A DNA stretch of 60,224 nt, counting the filler, from Actinomycetota bacterium (lineage in GTDB: Bacteria > Actinomycetota > CADDZG01 > JAHWKV01 > JAOPZY01), in assembly GCA_025963875.1 (NCBI GenBank). It is 5 parts of 5 records of this genome, joined end to end, with 100 filler letters (N's around TTAATTAATTAA, not from the genome) between each part and the next. Parts side by side here need not be neighbours in the genome. Positions count along the whole stretch, not along the records: positions 1 to 22,889 come from JAOPZY010000065.1; 4 more parts are not named here. The stretch is one strand, 5' to 3'. Under the pieces are notes generated by a model that was not told the DNA's origin, ran no database searches, and saw only the letters and a list, made by a program, of their open reading frames with translations. Position 1 is the stretch's first letter. Each line of letters opens with the position of its first letter. Shown piece by piece: positions 1 through 10,306 of the stretch. A program made the translations under genes and the position numbers.

Positions 1-106
1 ACTTGACCACGTAGGTGCCGAAGTCCTCCGCCTCCACGATGCCGGGGAGAGACCCGCCCTCCCGGAGAGGCGTGACGTAGCGGAGGGCGGTGGTGGACTC
101 GAGCAT
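1..106 (-). CDS. HipA-like kinase, N-terminus (runs off window start)
   Basis: Manual translation MLESTTALRYVTPLREGGSLPGIVEAEDFGTYVVK matches the YVTPLREGGSLP motif of actinobacterial HipA-family kinases. Confidence 0.75.
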   Translation of the reverse strand, partial: MLESTTALRYVTPLREGGSLPGIVEAEDFGTYVVK

Positions 107-220
107 CCGTCCACCCTACGGGCCGGAGGAGAAGGTTGGGAGCCTATCGCGCGCATGTGCGCGTTCGGCTCCCAACTTCGGGCCAGGGCCGACATCCAGA
201 GGCCGGCATCGACGGCCGGC

Positions 221-580
221 TCAGCGTTTCGACGCGACAAACTCCATCGCTTCCTCGGCCAGCGACAGCCAGGCCACCTGCGAGGTCGCTGCCAAGGCAA
301 CCCACTCGGCCATGGCCCGCCCCTTGCCGGCGTCGAAGTGGTCTCCCTCGCCGGAGGCGACCAGCGCATCCACGCGCAGGCGTGGCAGCTTCAGGACCAG
401 CCTGCCCCGGACGAGCATGGCGAAGATCCGGTTGTTGACCTTGAGTGCAGCCGCGCCGAACTTCCCTTCAGAACCGGGTGCGTCGGTTGGCGGTGTGACG
501 CCCGGGCGGTGGGCAAACTGATCCACCACTTCGGCGAACCACTCCTCGGGAGTGGGCAGCGGCAGACTCACGAGGCTCAA
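221..580 (-). CDS. TfoX/YjbR-like small protein
   Basis: FGAAALKVNNRIFAML...LVLKLP...RAMAEWV pattern. Confidence 0.6.
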   Translation of the reverse strand: MSLVSLPLPTPEEWFAEVVDQFAHRPGVTPPTDAPGSEGKFGAAALKVNNRIFAMLVRGRLVLKLPRLRVDALVASGEGDHFDAGKGRAMAEWVALAATSQVAWLSLAEEAMEFVASKR

Positions 581-633
581 CTATCCCACGGGCCTTCGCT
601 TTCGAGGCGAATCGCTGTAACCTCCTTTCCAAC

Positions 634-1233
634 ATGAACCGGCGCCCGTTCCTCTGGATCGCCGCCCTGGCTTTATCCGGCGTCGCAGCCGGCCACTCGG
701 TTGCCTACTACCTCGCCGCCCCCGGCGCAGGGCAGCGTCAGGCACTCCTCGCCCAGACGGGTCACTCTTACTGGAACGTCGCCGTGACGGTCGCCGTCCT
801 CCTCGAGCTCGCAGGGGTCTTTGCGCTTGCCGTCCGGCACTTCCGTGCGGGCCGGGCGGGAACGTCATCCCCCCAGCTGACGTTTGGTCAGCTCGCCGGA
901 CGCCTGGCCACGATGCAGGTGGCAGCCTTCACCGCCCTCGAGGTCACCGAGCGCCTCAGATCCGGGGTTCCGGTGAGCGAGATGTTCCACAACCACCTTC
1001 TGCCGATCGGTGTGGCCATCCAGCTGCTCGTGGCCTGCGCCGGGGCGTTGCTGTTTCGATGGCTGGCCCGAGCCGCAGCCGCAATCGGCTCCCTGTTCGC
1101 CCGGATGCCAGTCGAGCGCCGGGCGAGCGTGGCCGCGCGCCGGCCCAAGCCTCTCGACATCCCGGCTTGTCGCACGCTCTGCGATGCCCTGCGAGGCCGC
1201 GCGCCTCCCCTGCTGGCCGTTTCCCTCCGCTAA
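634..1233 (+). CDS. Conserved membrane protein upstream of metal-uptake gene
   Basis: About 4 TM segments, GHSVAY and HSYW His motifs, C-terminal RGRAPP. Confidence 0.6.
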   Translation: MNRRPFLWIAALALSGVAAGHSVAYYLAAPGAGQRQALLAQTGHSYWNVAVTVAVLLELAGVFALAVRHFRAGRAGTSSPQLTFGQLAGRLATMQVAAFTALEVTERLRSGVPVSEMFHNHLLPIGVAIQLLVACAGALLFRWLARAAAAIGSLFARMPVERRASVAARRPKPLDIPACRTLCDALRGRAPPLLAVSLR

Positions 1234-1329
1234 GCGCCGCAGAGGTCCCTACCAGCGCGTGAACCCCCTGCCGCACCGCGCGACTCAATGCCCTCTGTGG
1301 CCTCACAAACGACCCATTGGGAGGCCCCC

Positions 1330-2859
1330 ATGATCACCGAAGACCACCGCGCCGAAATGGCCGCCGAAGCGCGGCCGGATGCACCTGAACCCCGAAAGAA
1401 GCAGAAGCGCTCCGCCAAGCAGTCCGGGCTGTACCGCGCCGTCTGGCGGTGGCATTTCTACGCCGGGCTGTTCTCGATCCCGATCATCGTGATGCTCTGC
1501 CTGACGGGCAGCGTGTACCTCTTGAAGCCCCAGATCGAGGGCCTGCTCTACGGCCACCTCACCCGCGTGCCCCCGGGAGCCGAGACCGTTCCCTACCAGG
1601 CCCAGCTCCAGGCGGTGACCGCCGCCTACCCGGGCGCCACCGTGTCGAGCGTCACCCCGCCGCTGTCGGCCACGGGCGCAACCGAGTTCGAGGTCGTCCG
1701 CAAGGGCGTCGGCGGGAAGCTGGCGGACTTCGCTCTCGACTACTCGGTCTTCGTCAACCCCCACACCGGGCGGATCGTCGGCCACCGGGACAACAGCAAG
1801 GACCCCGTCAACGTCGCCGTCACGCTGCACGGCACGCTCGCCACCCAGCGCTTCCTCGGTTCCAGCAAGTGGGGTGGGCGCCTGATCGAGGTCGTCGCGT
1901 CCTGGGCGATCCTGCTGCTCATCACCGGAATCTTCCTCTGGTGGCCGCGGGGCAATCGCCGCTCCTCGCTCAAGGGGGTGCTCGTGCCCCGGATGGAGCA
2001 GGCCAAGGGGAGCCGGACGAGGTGGCGGGACGTTCATGCGATCACCGGCGTGCTCTTTTCCTTCATCACGCTGTTCTTCCTCGTCACCGGCATGCTCTGG
2101 ACGCAGGTCGCGGGCACCAACGTCCACAAACTCGTGCAGGGAACCTTCGGTCAGGCCTTCGCGCAGGCGCCGTCCTCGACCAAGATCAAGGACGTCAACC
2201 CGAGTGGGCCCTGGGCGACGTCACAGATCCCGGTGCCGCCGTCCGCACGGGCGGAGGCCCCGCAGTACATCGCCAGCCGGGCCGGGGACATCCGCTGGAA
2301 CCCGAAGGACGGCGCTCCGCTCGACGCGGTAGTCGCCCGTGCGCAGCAGCTCGACTTCGCTCCCGGCTACACCATCACCATGCCCTCCGGCGACACGGGC
2401 ACCTACCTGATCGGCACGTACCCCGATCTCGACGCCAAGCCGAACCAGCGCGTGTCCAAGGAACGGTTCGCCTTCGTCGACCAGTACACGGCACAGCCGC
2501 TCGGAGAGCTCCGGCACACCCAGATCGGCCTCTTCGGCCGGGCCATGGACACGGGGGTCGCGCTGCACGAGGGGCGGCAGCTGGGCGTCTGGAACCAGAT
2601 CGCCTCCCTGATCGCGGTCTGCGCGGTCCTCCTCTCGTGCGCCACCAGCGTCGTGATGTGGCGCAAGCGCCGGCCGGTCGGCCTCGGCGCCCCGAAGCCG
2701 GTCCCCAACCGCCGCATCAACCTGGCGATCTTCGCGGTCGCCCTCGTGCTGAGCGTGGCCTTTCCGCTGCTTGGGATCACGCTCCTTGCCGTCGTCGTGT
2801 TCGAGTCGCTGATGGTGCACCGGCTCCCTCGGCTTGCCCGCGCCCTGGGAGCCGCGTGA
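1330..2859 (+). CDS. PepSY-associated TM helix domain protein (iron-regulated membrane protein type)
   Basis: LYRAVWRWHFYAGL, ITGIFLWWPR, WRDVHAITG, ALHEGR motifs. Confidence 0.9.
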   Translation: MITEDHRAEMAAEARPDAPEPRKKQKRSAKQSGLYRAVWRWHFYAGLFSIPIIVMLCLTGSVYLLKPQIEGLLYGHLTRVPPGAETVPYQAQLQAVTAAYPGATVSSVTPPLSATGATEFEVVRKGVGGKLADFALDYSVFVNPHTGRIVGHRDNSKDPVNVAVTLHGTLATQRFLGSSKWGGRLIEVVASWAILLLITGIFLWWPRGNRRSSLKGVLVPRMEQAKGSRTRWRDVHAITGVLFSFITLFFLVTGMLWTQVAGTNVHKLVQGTFGQAFAQAPSSTKIKDVNPSGPWATSQIPVPPSARAEAPQYIASRAGDIRWNPKDGAPLDAVVARAQQLDFAPGYTITMPSGDTGTYLIGTYPDLDAKPNQRVSKERFAFVDQYTAQPLGELRHTQIGLFGRAMDTGVALHEGRQLGVWNQIASLIAVCAVLLSCATSVVMWRKRRPVGLGAPKPVPNRRINLAIFAVALVLSVAFPLLGITLLAVVVFESLMVHRLPRLARALGAA

Positions 2860-3034
2860 CGCAGTCCCGCCCGCCGGGGTGATCCGTCGGTGCCGGATCC
2901 GGGCCTTCGAGGGTCGCCGCGGTGGTCTCTCCCCCCCAGCCACGGCGGCGGCCCTCCGGGTTCCGGATCCGGCAACGCGCTCAAGCCATGAGGGTCCCCG
3001 TACCGAAGAACTTGGAGACAACGGAGGATGACAG

Positions 3035-3388
3035 GTGCGATTTACACTGAAGTGCCCCAGGTGTGCAGACGTGAGCGTCCCCCCGAGGGACCTCGAGCTC
3101 TTTCTTGCCCGAGGCAGCGCCGAGGCCGAACTGGCCTTCGATTGCCCGAGTTGCGACACCGTCGTTCGAGCCAAATGCGATCAGCCGATTGCTCGACTGC
3201 TCACCTTGAGCGGAGCCAGAGTCCATCGCGCGTCGGAAAAAACGCTCCCCTACCACCCACCGGCGCCTTCGCAAGGCGAAGCTGTGTCCGTGAGGGAGGA
3301 GGTCAGCGCATTCAGGACGCTGCTGGCGTCCGACGACTGGTTCGACCGGCTCCTCGCCGAGCCTCCGGGTCCGCCCGAGAGCTCCTGA
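3035..3388 (+). CDS. Conserved actinobacterial zinc-ribbon protein
   Basis: CPRC...CPSC pairs, C-terminal LASDDWFDRL; GGAGG RBS upstream. Confidence 0.65.
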   Translation: MRFTLKCPRCADVSVPPRDLELFLARGSAEAELAFDCPSCDTVVRAKCDQPIARLLTLSGARVHRASEKTLPYHPPAPSQGEAVSVREEVSAFRTLLASDDWFDRLLAEPPGPPESS

Positions 3389-3406
3389 CGGCGGGGCGCC
3401 TTCCGG

Positions 3407-3805
3407 CTACGCCATGCCGTCCAGAAGATCCTGCAGGGCCGTGGCGGCACGCTCGGCTGCCTCGGAGTGAAGACGGCAGTGCTCGTGGTGCTCGGCGTGG
3501 CGACCACATTCGAGGCGGCTGCCTTCGCAGGCGATGATGCAGGCCTGGACGAGAGCCTGCATCAGCATGGCGTCTGTGGAGCTCGCGCGGGAAAGAACCC
3601 GCAGTGTGGCTTGACAGACGTCCGCGCAGTCCAGGGCCCGGCGGGTGGCAACGGCGGTGTCCTCCCCCTCGCCGATCATCGCCATCGCGCATGACGTCGA
3701 CGCCTGCTCGCACTCCATCACGGCCTCGAGTGCGGCCGCCAGATCCGACAGGTCGACCGTGGGTTCCGGAGCCAGGGTCCTGAGCATTTCCAGAGTCTCA
3801 GCCAT
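3407..3805 (-). CDS. Four-helix-bundle copper-storage (Csp/DUF326-like) protein, Cys-reduced
   Basis: LDCADVC...RVLSR...AC..AC...ECGRHAEHHEHCR. Confidence 0.75.
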   Translation of the reverse strand: MAETLEMLRTLAPEPTVDLSDLAAALEAVMECEQASTSCAMAMIGEGEDTAVATRRALDCADVCQATLRVLSRASSTDAMLMQALVQACIIACEGSRLECGRHAEHHEHCRLHSEAAERAATALQDLLDGMA

Positions 3806-3946
3806 GTTCGTCTCCCCTTCTGTTTCGCCCAAATATATCTACTTGGCGAAGTTTGGTGATTCAGGCGATCTCAGGGCCGACGATACTCCTTCCCGCGTGA
3901 AGCTGCTCACACGGGAGCGTTGATCGGAGCGCGGGGGGTCGCGGCC

Positions 3947-4165
3947 CTAGCGCAGGCCTGCCCTCGCCGCGGGCCCCGTGGGAACGAGGTGGTTGTGCTC
4001 CTCCACGAGCTTGCGGATGTAGTTCATCACGGTGGCGCTCGCGGTCGGGACGCCGAGGTCACGGTGCCACGACTCCTGGACCTTCGCCAGGATCTGGTCC
4101 ATGGTCTCCGCCCTGATCACCTGCGGTGAGACGTGTCCTGCCCACTTCCAGCGGAACTCAAGCAT
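3947..4165 (-). CDS. DUF1059-like small protein lacking metal ligands
   Basis: MLEF...IRAETMDQILAKVQE pattern; GGAG RBS upstream. Confidence 0.45.
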   Translation of the reverse strand: MLEFRWKWAGHVSPQVIRAETMDQILAKVQESWHRDLGVPTASATVMNYIRKLVEEHNHLVPTGPAARAGLR

Positions 4166-4474
4166 CTCCTGGCCTCCCTTGCTCTTCATTCGTGGACAAC
4201 CCGAGGATAACAAGAATGAGACTTATTCTCAATCTCGCTTCGTCCAAGTCGGCGACCGGGTCACGTGACGAGAGATGGCCTGCCGGCACGGCAGAAGCCA
4301 TGCTGAACGCGCTCCACCAAGGCCCGGGTAGGGCCGTCTAGACGCAATTACCCCACATCGGGATGGTTTGCGGATATAGGGACTTCCCCGATGCGGCGGG
4401 CCCGCATGCTCCTCTAGCGTCGTCCAGGGCGACCGCGTTCGGTCGTTGCGAGGACACCCATCAGGGGGCAAACG

Positions 4475-5629
4475 ATGGGCGGGGCAGGTAATCCGGAACG
4501 GGTTCAGACCGTGATCGTCGGCGGAGGCCAGGCGGGCCTCTCCGTTGGGTACCATCTGGCCAGGCGCGGTTTGCCGTTCGTGATCCTCGACGCCGGCGAG
4601 CGGATCGGTGATGCCTGGCGGAACCGCTGGGACTCCCTCCGCTTGTTCAGCCCGGCTCGTTACGACGGGCTCACTGGGATGGCGTTTCCTGCCCCTGGCG
4701 CCTCGTACCCAACCAAAGGCGAGATGGCCGACTACCTCGAGGCCTACGCACGACGCTTTGGGCTCCGCGTTCAAACCGGCGTCGAGGTGGACGGGCTTTC
4801 CAAACACGGAGATCGGTTCGTCGTGACGGCAGGTGAACGCCAGTTCGAGTCGGAGAACGTGGTGGTGGCGATGGCGAACTACCAGCGACCCCGGGTGCCT
4901 GAATTCGCCGGGCAGCTCGACCCCCGCATCGTGCAGTTGCATGCTGCGGACTACCGGAATCCGTCCCAGTTGCGGAGCGGCGGAGTCCTTGTCGTCGGAG
5001 CGGGCAACTCGGGGGCCGAGATCGCCATCGAGGTGGTGCGCACTCATCCCACCTGGATGGCGGGTGCGGGAGCGGGCCACATCCCGCTCCGCCCGGAGAC
5101 GCTGGCCGCACGCTACGTGCTCATTCGCCTGGTGCGCTTCGTGGGGCACCATGTGCTGAGCGTCAACACACCGATCGGGCGGAAGGTCCGGCCAAAGCTG
5201 CTGCACAAGGCCACGCCGCTCATCCGCGTCAAGCCCAAGGACCTTGCCGCCGCCGGGGTGGAGCGGGTCCCCAGCGTCGTGGGTGTGCGGGGCGGGTTGC
5301 CGGTGCTGGAAGGCGATCGGGCCCTCGACGTCGCCAACATCATCTGGTGCACCGGCTTCCATCCGAGCTACTCCTGGATCGACCTCCCGGTCTTCGACGA
5401 GGCCGGCGACCCGATGCACGAGCGGGGGGTCGTCGCCAGCGAGCCAGGCCTGTTTTTCGTAGGTCTGCAGTTCCTCACGTCGATGACATCGGCTACGGTC
5501 ACCGGTGTCGGGAGGGACGCGGCGTATGTCGCCCAGGCCATCGCTTCGAGGGCCTCAGCAGGGCGGGCCGCGGAGGGGCCTGGGGGTCGTGGTCGCAGTA
5601 GCACGGTCCGACCCAGTGCTCATTGCTGA
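4475..5629 (+). CDS. Flavin-containing monooxygenase (CzcO-like FAD/NAD(P) oxidoreductase)
   Basis: GGGQAG, WRNRWDSLRLF, HAADYRNP, VGAGNSG, WCTGF. Confidence 0.9.
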   Translation: MGGAGNPERVQTVIVGGGQAGLSVGYHLARRGLPFVILDAGERIGDAWRNRWDSLRLFSPARYDGLTGMAFPAPGASYPTKGEMADYLEAYARRFGLRVQTGVEVDGLSKHGDRFVVTAGERQFESENVVVAMANYQRPRVPEFAGQLDPRIVQLHAADYRNPSQLRSGGVLVVGAGNSGAEIAIEVVRTHPTWMAGAGAGHIPLRPETLAARYVLIRLVRFVGHHVLSVNTPIGRKVRPKLLHKATPLIRVKPKDLAAAGVERVPSVVGVRGGLPVLEGDRALDVANIIWCTGFHPSYSWIDLPVFDEAGDPMHERGVVASEPGLFFVGLQFLTSMTSATVTGVGRDAAYVAQAIASRASAGRAAEGPGGRGRSSTVRPSAHC

Positions 5630-5792
5630 GGCCTTGAACTTCACCCCGCGTTGGGGCAGTGATTAGCCAGACGCGTGCGAGGTGTGGAAAAAATGTGTCG
5701 TTATAGCAAACATTTCTTCCACACCTGCCGGCTGCCCACATCTAAGGCCCGAGCTTGGGTAAGTCTTAGCCCGATCGGGACGGGAGGATGCT

Positions 5793-6263
5793 ATGAAGCG
5801 GGGGTGGCTGGTCGCGGTCGTCGTATTGATCGTCATGGCCGCGGCCGGGGCCTTCGAGCTGGGCAGGCTATCCAAGCAGAACCCCGTCCGGGCGGCGGCC
5901 TCACCTCGGATCGGTCCCACAGTCACGGTGACGGTCACCCCATCTGTTACGCCCACAGTGTCGAATGGAGACTCCGGAACCCAGTCGCCCACGACTGAGA
6001 CTGGGCTTTCGGTGGCGGCCACCTTCAACCGGCTGTGCGGCGGAGTTATGTCCACGCAGTGCCTCACCCAGGCCAGGGCAGCGATCAAGAACGATCAGGC
6101 ACTGACTCGCCAGAACTGTGCCGCAGGAGCTGTCCAGGCCTGTCCCAGGCAGTTCGGCGACCCCCTCGTGCAAGGGTGTTTTCCCGCCAGCGACGCACAG
6201 GGGCCTGCCTGGGGACCCGATGGCTGGTGCACCCTCGTCAACAATCTCCTGACGGGCGGCTGA
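5793..6263 (+). CDS. Secreted or membrane-anchored Cys-rich protein with Thr/Pro linker
   Basis: N-terminal hydrophobic segment, TVTVTVTPS linker, 6 Cys; GGAGG RBS. Confidence 0.6.
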   Translation: MKRGWLVAVVVLIVMAAAGAFELGRLSKQNPVRAAASPRIGPTVTVTVTPSVTPTVSNGDSGTQSPTTETGLSVAATFNRLCGGVMSTQCLTQARAAIKNDQALTRQNCAAGAVQACPRQFGDPLVQGCFPASDAQGPAWGPDGWCTLVNNLLTGG

Positions 6264-6295
6264 GAACACCCCGCAACGGTGGATCGGTCGTCGGG

Positions 6296-6784
6296 TCAGG
6301 CCAAACGCTGTCCGGGTCCCCGGTCGAAGCCTTGGTACACCCCCTCCCGACCCAGGAGATCCTCGACATCGAGTTGCCTCAGGAACTCCGGATGGACGGC
6401 GGCTCTCCACTCCTCCTCAGTGAAGAATCTCTTGTGCTCTACGGAGCCGTCGAGATCCTTCCACCCATCCGCAAGCTGACTGGCTTCCACGGTGGCAAGG
6501 AAGAAGCATTCGGCTTTGTGCCGGTTGAACTCCTGCTCCCAGAACTCCGAGACATACACCAGATTGCCCACTTCGACCTTGAGACCCGTCTCTTCATAGA
6601 CCTCTCGCACGACACATTCCTTCAACGACTCTCCCGGCGCGAGCCGGCCCCCCGGCGTGTACCACCTGCGCCCGTCGTCGCTGACGAGGAGACGGTCGGC
6701 TGAGCCCCGCGTTACGAGGCCCCGGGCTGTGACGGCGATCGTGGCGCCTTGTTCGGTCACAGGCCCTGGTGCATTCGGGCTCAA
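6296..6784 (-). CDS. NUDIX hydrolase
   Basis: Nudix box GGRLAPGESLKECVVREVYEETGL; start overlaps the KaiC-like stop. Confidence 0.9.
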   Translation of the reverse strand: MSPNAPGPVTEQGATIAVTARGLVTRGSADRLLVSDDGRRWYTPGGRLAPGESLKECVVREVYEETGLKVEVGNLVYVSEFWEQEFNRHKAECFFLATVEASQLADGWKDLDGSVEHKRFFTEEEWRAAVHPEFLRQLDVEDLLGREGVYQGFDRGPGQRLA

Positions 6785-8178
6785 CCCTCCGGGAGGGCGG
6801 GGAGCGGCTCGACGAGGCAGATGCCTCCTTCCCCGATTCGGAACTGCTGCCGGAGCGGCTCATGGGCGCTGGCCCGGGTCTTGAGGACGGTGATCGCCCG
6901 GCGCAGTTCGTCGCCTGCCCGCACGTACTGGAGCAGGACGACGTTGTCCGACAGATGCGACACGCCGAACTCCGAGAGTTGCACCAGGTCGAAGAGTTGG
7001 GCTACCTCGTGGGTCATCAGCAGGCTGACCTGAAGGCGGGCACACCGCTGCACCAGCGAGTACATGTACTCCCGGAAGCGGAGCGTGTCGCCGGCGGCCA
7101 CCAGCAGGTCGTCGATCGAGTCGACCACAAGGCGGCGCGCGCCGGTTTGCTGCACGGTATCAAGCACGTCGTGCAGCCATTCGTCGATCAGGAGGTCGAC
7201 GGGCGAGCGGCTGTACACCTCGACGCCGGGATCGTCGAGGGTCCAGCCGTACCCCTCGACGATCCGCGCAAGGTGGGCGCGCGACTCCTGCAGTGTTGCA
7301 AGAACGCCGGCTTCACCGCTCTCGGCCCCGCGGAACAGGAAGTGCAACCCCATGAGCGTCTTGCCGGAGCCAGTCGGGCCTGCCACCAGTGTGGACGCCC
7401 CGGGCCAGTAGCCATCGTGGAGGAGATCATCGAGCGCACCGATGCCTGACGAGACACGCTTGGTCGCCTGCTCGTAACCAGAGGCATCGAGCGGATCCGC
7501 GATGCGGGGGAAGATACGCAGCCCCGTCGAGGAGATGCGGTAGGCGTGCGCGCCAGAGGCGTAGTCGCTCCCGCGCATCTTGAGGACCTCGAGGTAACGG
7601 GCGGTGCGGTAGCCGTGCCGCTCGGACGTAAGGGAGATGATCGTGTCGGCAACCGCAAACTCGGCGGCGGCCCCCTGTACCCCCTCGCCCGCGTACTCCC
7701 CGAGGAGAAACGTCGAAGCGGCAAGCACCGAGAGCCTGCCCACCAGCTCGTGCAGGAACCGCCGGTACTCGGCGCGGCTTGTGGCAAACGCGTGCAGCGC
7801 CTTGAAGCTATCGATGACAACGATCGCCGGAGGACTGGCTTGCAGGAGGACGTCGAGCCGTTCGAGCACGGCCGCCAGACCCTCCGGCTGGGTTGCGACG
7901 GCTCCGAGGTCTTCGAAGAAGACGGAGGAGCCGACAGCGGTCACGTCGAAGAAGTCGAGGGTTTGCCCGTAGCGCAACAGCTTGTCCAGCGACTCGGACA
8001 CCGTGGTGCAGTAGAGAGCCGGGCGCTCGAGCGTGGCGTTGTGAAAGACAAAGTGTTGGGCCAGGATCGTCTTGCCGGTACCGGGCTCCCCTGCGACCAG
8101 TGTGAGGGCGTTCGCCGGCAGGCCGCCGCCGAGCAGGGCATCGAGCTGCGGCAGGCCGCTCGAGAGCCGGTCGCTCAC
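6781..8178 (-). CDS. KaiC-like double-domain RecA-fold ATPase
   Basis: Two Walker A motifs (GEPGTGKT, GPTGSGKT), LEVLKMRGS and VLKTRAS; phosphosite region reads VSHLSDN. Confidence 0.92.
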   Translation of the reverse strand: MSDRLSSGLPQLDALLGGGLPANALTLVAGEPGTGKTILAQHFVFHNATLERPALYCTTVSESLDKLLRYGQTLDFFDVTAVGSSVFFEDLGAVATQPEGLAAVLERLDVLLQASPPAIVVIDSFKALHAFATSRAEYRRFLHELVGRLSVLAASTFLLGEYAGEGVQGAAAEFAVADTIISLTSERHGYRTARYLEVLKMRGSDYASGAHAYRISSTGLRIFPRIADPLDASGYEQATKRVSSGIGALDDLLHDGYWPGASTLVAGPTGSGKTLMGLHFLFRGAESGEAGVLATLQESRAHLARIVEGYGWTLDDPGVEVYSRSPVDLLIDEWLHDVLDTVQQTGARRLVVDSIDDLLVAAGDTLRFREYMYSLVQRCARLQVSLLMTHEVAQLFDLVQLSEFGVSHLSDNVVLLQYVRAGDELRRAITVLKTRASAHEPLRQQFRIGEGGICLVEPLPALPEG

Positions 8179-8846
8179 CGGGGGGCGTTCGCTGCGCGTC
8201 CGCGCGCCAGACGGCTTGTGCCGACGAGGTCCTTGATGGTGGCGAGCAGGTGCAGCGGGTCGAAGGGCTTGGCCAGGAACGCCTCGGCGCCCGCTTTGAG
8301 TGCGGCCTCACCGAGTCCAGCAAGGGCAGAGACGGCCACGATCCGGGCCCCGGCGGCATGGAGCTGACGGCAGAGGTCGACGCCATCACCACCCGAGATG
8401 ACGAGCTCGACGAACACCAGATCCGGGTGGCGTTCCTGGAACACCTTCAGGGCGTCTGCCGGACCGAAGGCGACCGCCACCTCGTAGCCTTCGGTCCGAA
8501 GGAGATACTCGATGACGTCGGCGGTATAGACGTCGCGTTCTGCCAGGAGGATCAGCACCGGCCCAGTCGAATCGGGGATCGGCGGGACGAGGGTCATCCC
8601 CTCCTCCAGGCGTGCGGCAAGCAGCCGGTGAGCCTCTGCCGCGTGGAGCCCGGACCCCATCAGGTTCTGGACATAGCGGAGCTGGTCCACCTGATCGCGC
8701 GAGTAGAGCCGCTGGTCCCCTGCGCTCCGGACGGGCACCACCACGCCGTATCGTTCCTCCCAGGTGCGCAGCACGGCAGGCGCGATATCCAGCATCCGGG
8801 CGACTGCCCCGATGCCGTACACCGGCTCCGCTCCGGCCCTGGTCAC
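8175..8846 (-). CDS. MerR-HTH plus receiver-domain regulator (atypical receiver)
   Basis: YGIGAVARML..LRTWEERYG..QRLYS then a REC domain ending FLAKPF; the acceptor position appears to be Glu (VFVEL). Confidence 0.85.
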   Translation of the reverse strand: MTRAGAEPVYGIGAVARMLDIAPAVLRTWEERYGVVVPVRSAGDQRLYSRDQVDQLRYVQNLMGSGLHAAEAHRLLAARLEEGMTLVPPIPDSTGPVLILLAERDVYTADVIEYLLRTEGYEVAVAFGPADALKVFQERHPDLVFVELVISGGDGVDLCRQLHAAGARIVAVSALAGLGEAALKAGAEAFLAKPFDPLHLLATIKDLVGTSRLARGRAANAPR

Positions 8847-9019
8847 ACCCGGACGCTACTCCCACCCGGCTGGAGTGTCGACTGCATCCCTAGGTCTTCC
8901 GCAGGACCTACGCGATTACGTTGTTGTGCTTTACGAGGTTGACATCCGAGCAGCTGAGGGAGTGAACTCACTACAACTTGCCGAGGTTTTGTTGAAGTCA
9001 TGGGAAAGGGAGATCGAGC

Positions 9020-9559
9020 GTGCTGCAGGACACGAGCGGCCACCCTCGCCGCTGGGACACCGACCAGGGGGCCATCGGCACCACCGAGGCGCGGGTGGCG
9101 GTTGCTCCGCTGCTGCGCCTCCTGGAGGCATGCCTGCGGCCCGGCTGGGTCACCGAGGATCCCGGCACATACGTCGGACTGGCGCTTCGACACCAGTGCG
9201 AGACCCTGGAATGCCCATGGCGGTGGGTGGGCGAAGCCCAGGACGGGGACGGGGTCTATGTAGTGGACGTCGAGCACGTCCCGGCCTCGGACCATCAGCT
9301 CTGGGAGGACGCCATCTGCCTGCTGTCCGCCGTTGCTGAGGACTCCTTCCACGTGCGCCGTGTGGATCGCCGTACCGTCGAGTGCGTGACGGGCATGCTC
9401 GACGGTGATGGGGAGTTCGCATCCCATGGGCACGCGATCCGACTCCGGATAGATCTGCGGGAGGTCGGCGCAGATTCGCCCTGGCCCAGAGCGTCGTCGC
9501 AAGGAGATCCTCTGCGCCTGCAACGGTGTGGTGCCGCGCTTCATAACGGCCCTTCATGA
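9020..9559 (+). CDS. Hypothetical protein
   Basis: 179-aa ORF with coding-like composition; no family recognised. Confidence 0.55.
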   Translation: MLQDTSGHPRRWDTDQGAIGTTEARVAVAPLLRLLEACLRPGWVTEDPGTYVGLALRHQCETLECPWRWVGEAQDGDGVYVVDVEHVPASDHQLWEDAICLLSAVAEDSFHVRRVDRRTVECVTGMLDGDGEFASHGHAIRLRIDLREVGADSPWPRASSQGDPLRLQRCGAALHNGPS

Positions 9560-10209
9560 CGCCTCCAACCCTCGAACACCACATCGTCGAACAGCATCTT
9601 GTGATGGGTCTTGAGCAGCCCGATCACCATCCCCGCGAAGTGGGCGACGTCGAACAGGCAAAGGATCGCTTGTGGGTACTGAGGCGCGAAGCGCTTGAGC
9701 TCGGATTCGTAGGCCAACAGCTCCTCTTGAGGGGAGTCGCTCAACGACCGGGGCATCTCGCCGATGACCCGGACGAAGGCGAAGCGGCCGTCCGCCATCG
9801 CGGCGCTCACGGAGTCGTCCAGATAGGCCAGTAGCGCATGGGGCGAAAATCGCCCCGACTGAAGGTACGCTTCACTCGAGCTGCGGACCTCGAGTTGCCC
9901 AGAGCCCACGTGCCTCTCGACGTCGATGCCATTGCCCGGGTCCGCCAGCAGTTGCAACGGCTCGCTCGAGTCCACGATAGAGATGCACTTGTCTCCCGTC
10001 CGAAGCCCCTCGCACAGGAAGGGCAGCATGACTTCGTCTCGCTGCTGGGAGCTTCGGTACAGTGCGCAGATGTGATCCCCCCGCTGCACGCTGAGGCCGG
10101 GTATGCCGAATTCGGGGGAGCGATCCACCTGGCTTTGCCTCCGCAGCTCAGGAACAGGCGCGGGGCTGTTTGCCGCAACACGCAGGTCGGCCACCCCGTT
10201 GTCCTGCAC
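9541..10209 (-). CDS. Stand-alone MEDS sensory-domain protein
   Basis: GDHICALY, FLCEGLRTGDKC, VRVIGEM, YESEL, LCLFD. Confidence 0.88.
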   Translation of the reverse strand: MQDNGVADLRVAANSPAPVPELRRQSQVDRSPEFGIPGLSVQRGDHICALYRSSQQRDEVMLPFLCEGLRTGDKCISIVDSSEPLQLLADPGNGIDVERHVGSGQLEVRSSSEAYLQSGRFSPHALLAYLDDSVSAAMADGRFAFVRVIGEMPRSLSDSPQEELLAYESELKRFAPQYPQAILCLFDVAHFAGMVIGLLKTHHKMLFDDVVFEGWRRHEGPL

Positions 10210-10306
10210 GCCATGAACAGGAAGCTAGGTGGATCTGGCCGACCCGTCACCGGTACAGGTACGTGTCTCGTCCCGTGTTCCGCAGAGTTTCTGAACGAAC
10301 GCCCAG

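Noticed and set aside
6781..8178. Circadian clock kaiC
   Set aside because: No kaiA/kaiB, no ST phosphosite pair and no C-terminal tail; a generic KaiC-like ATPase.
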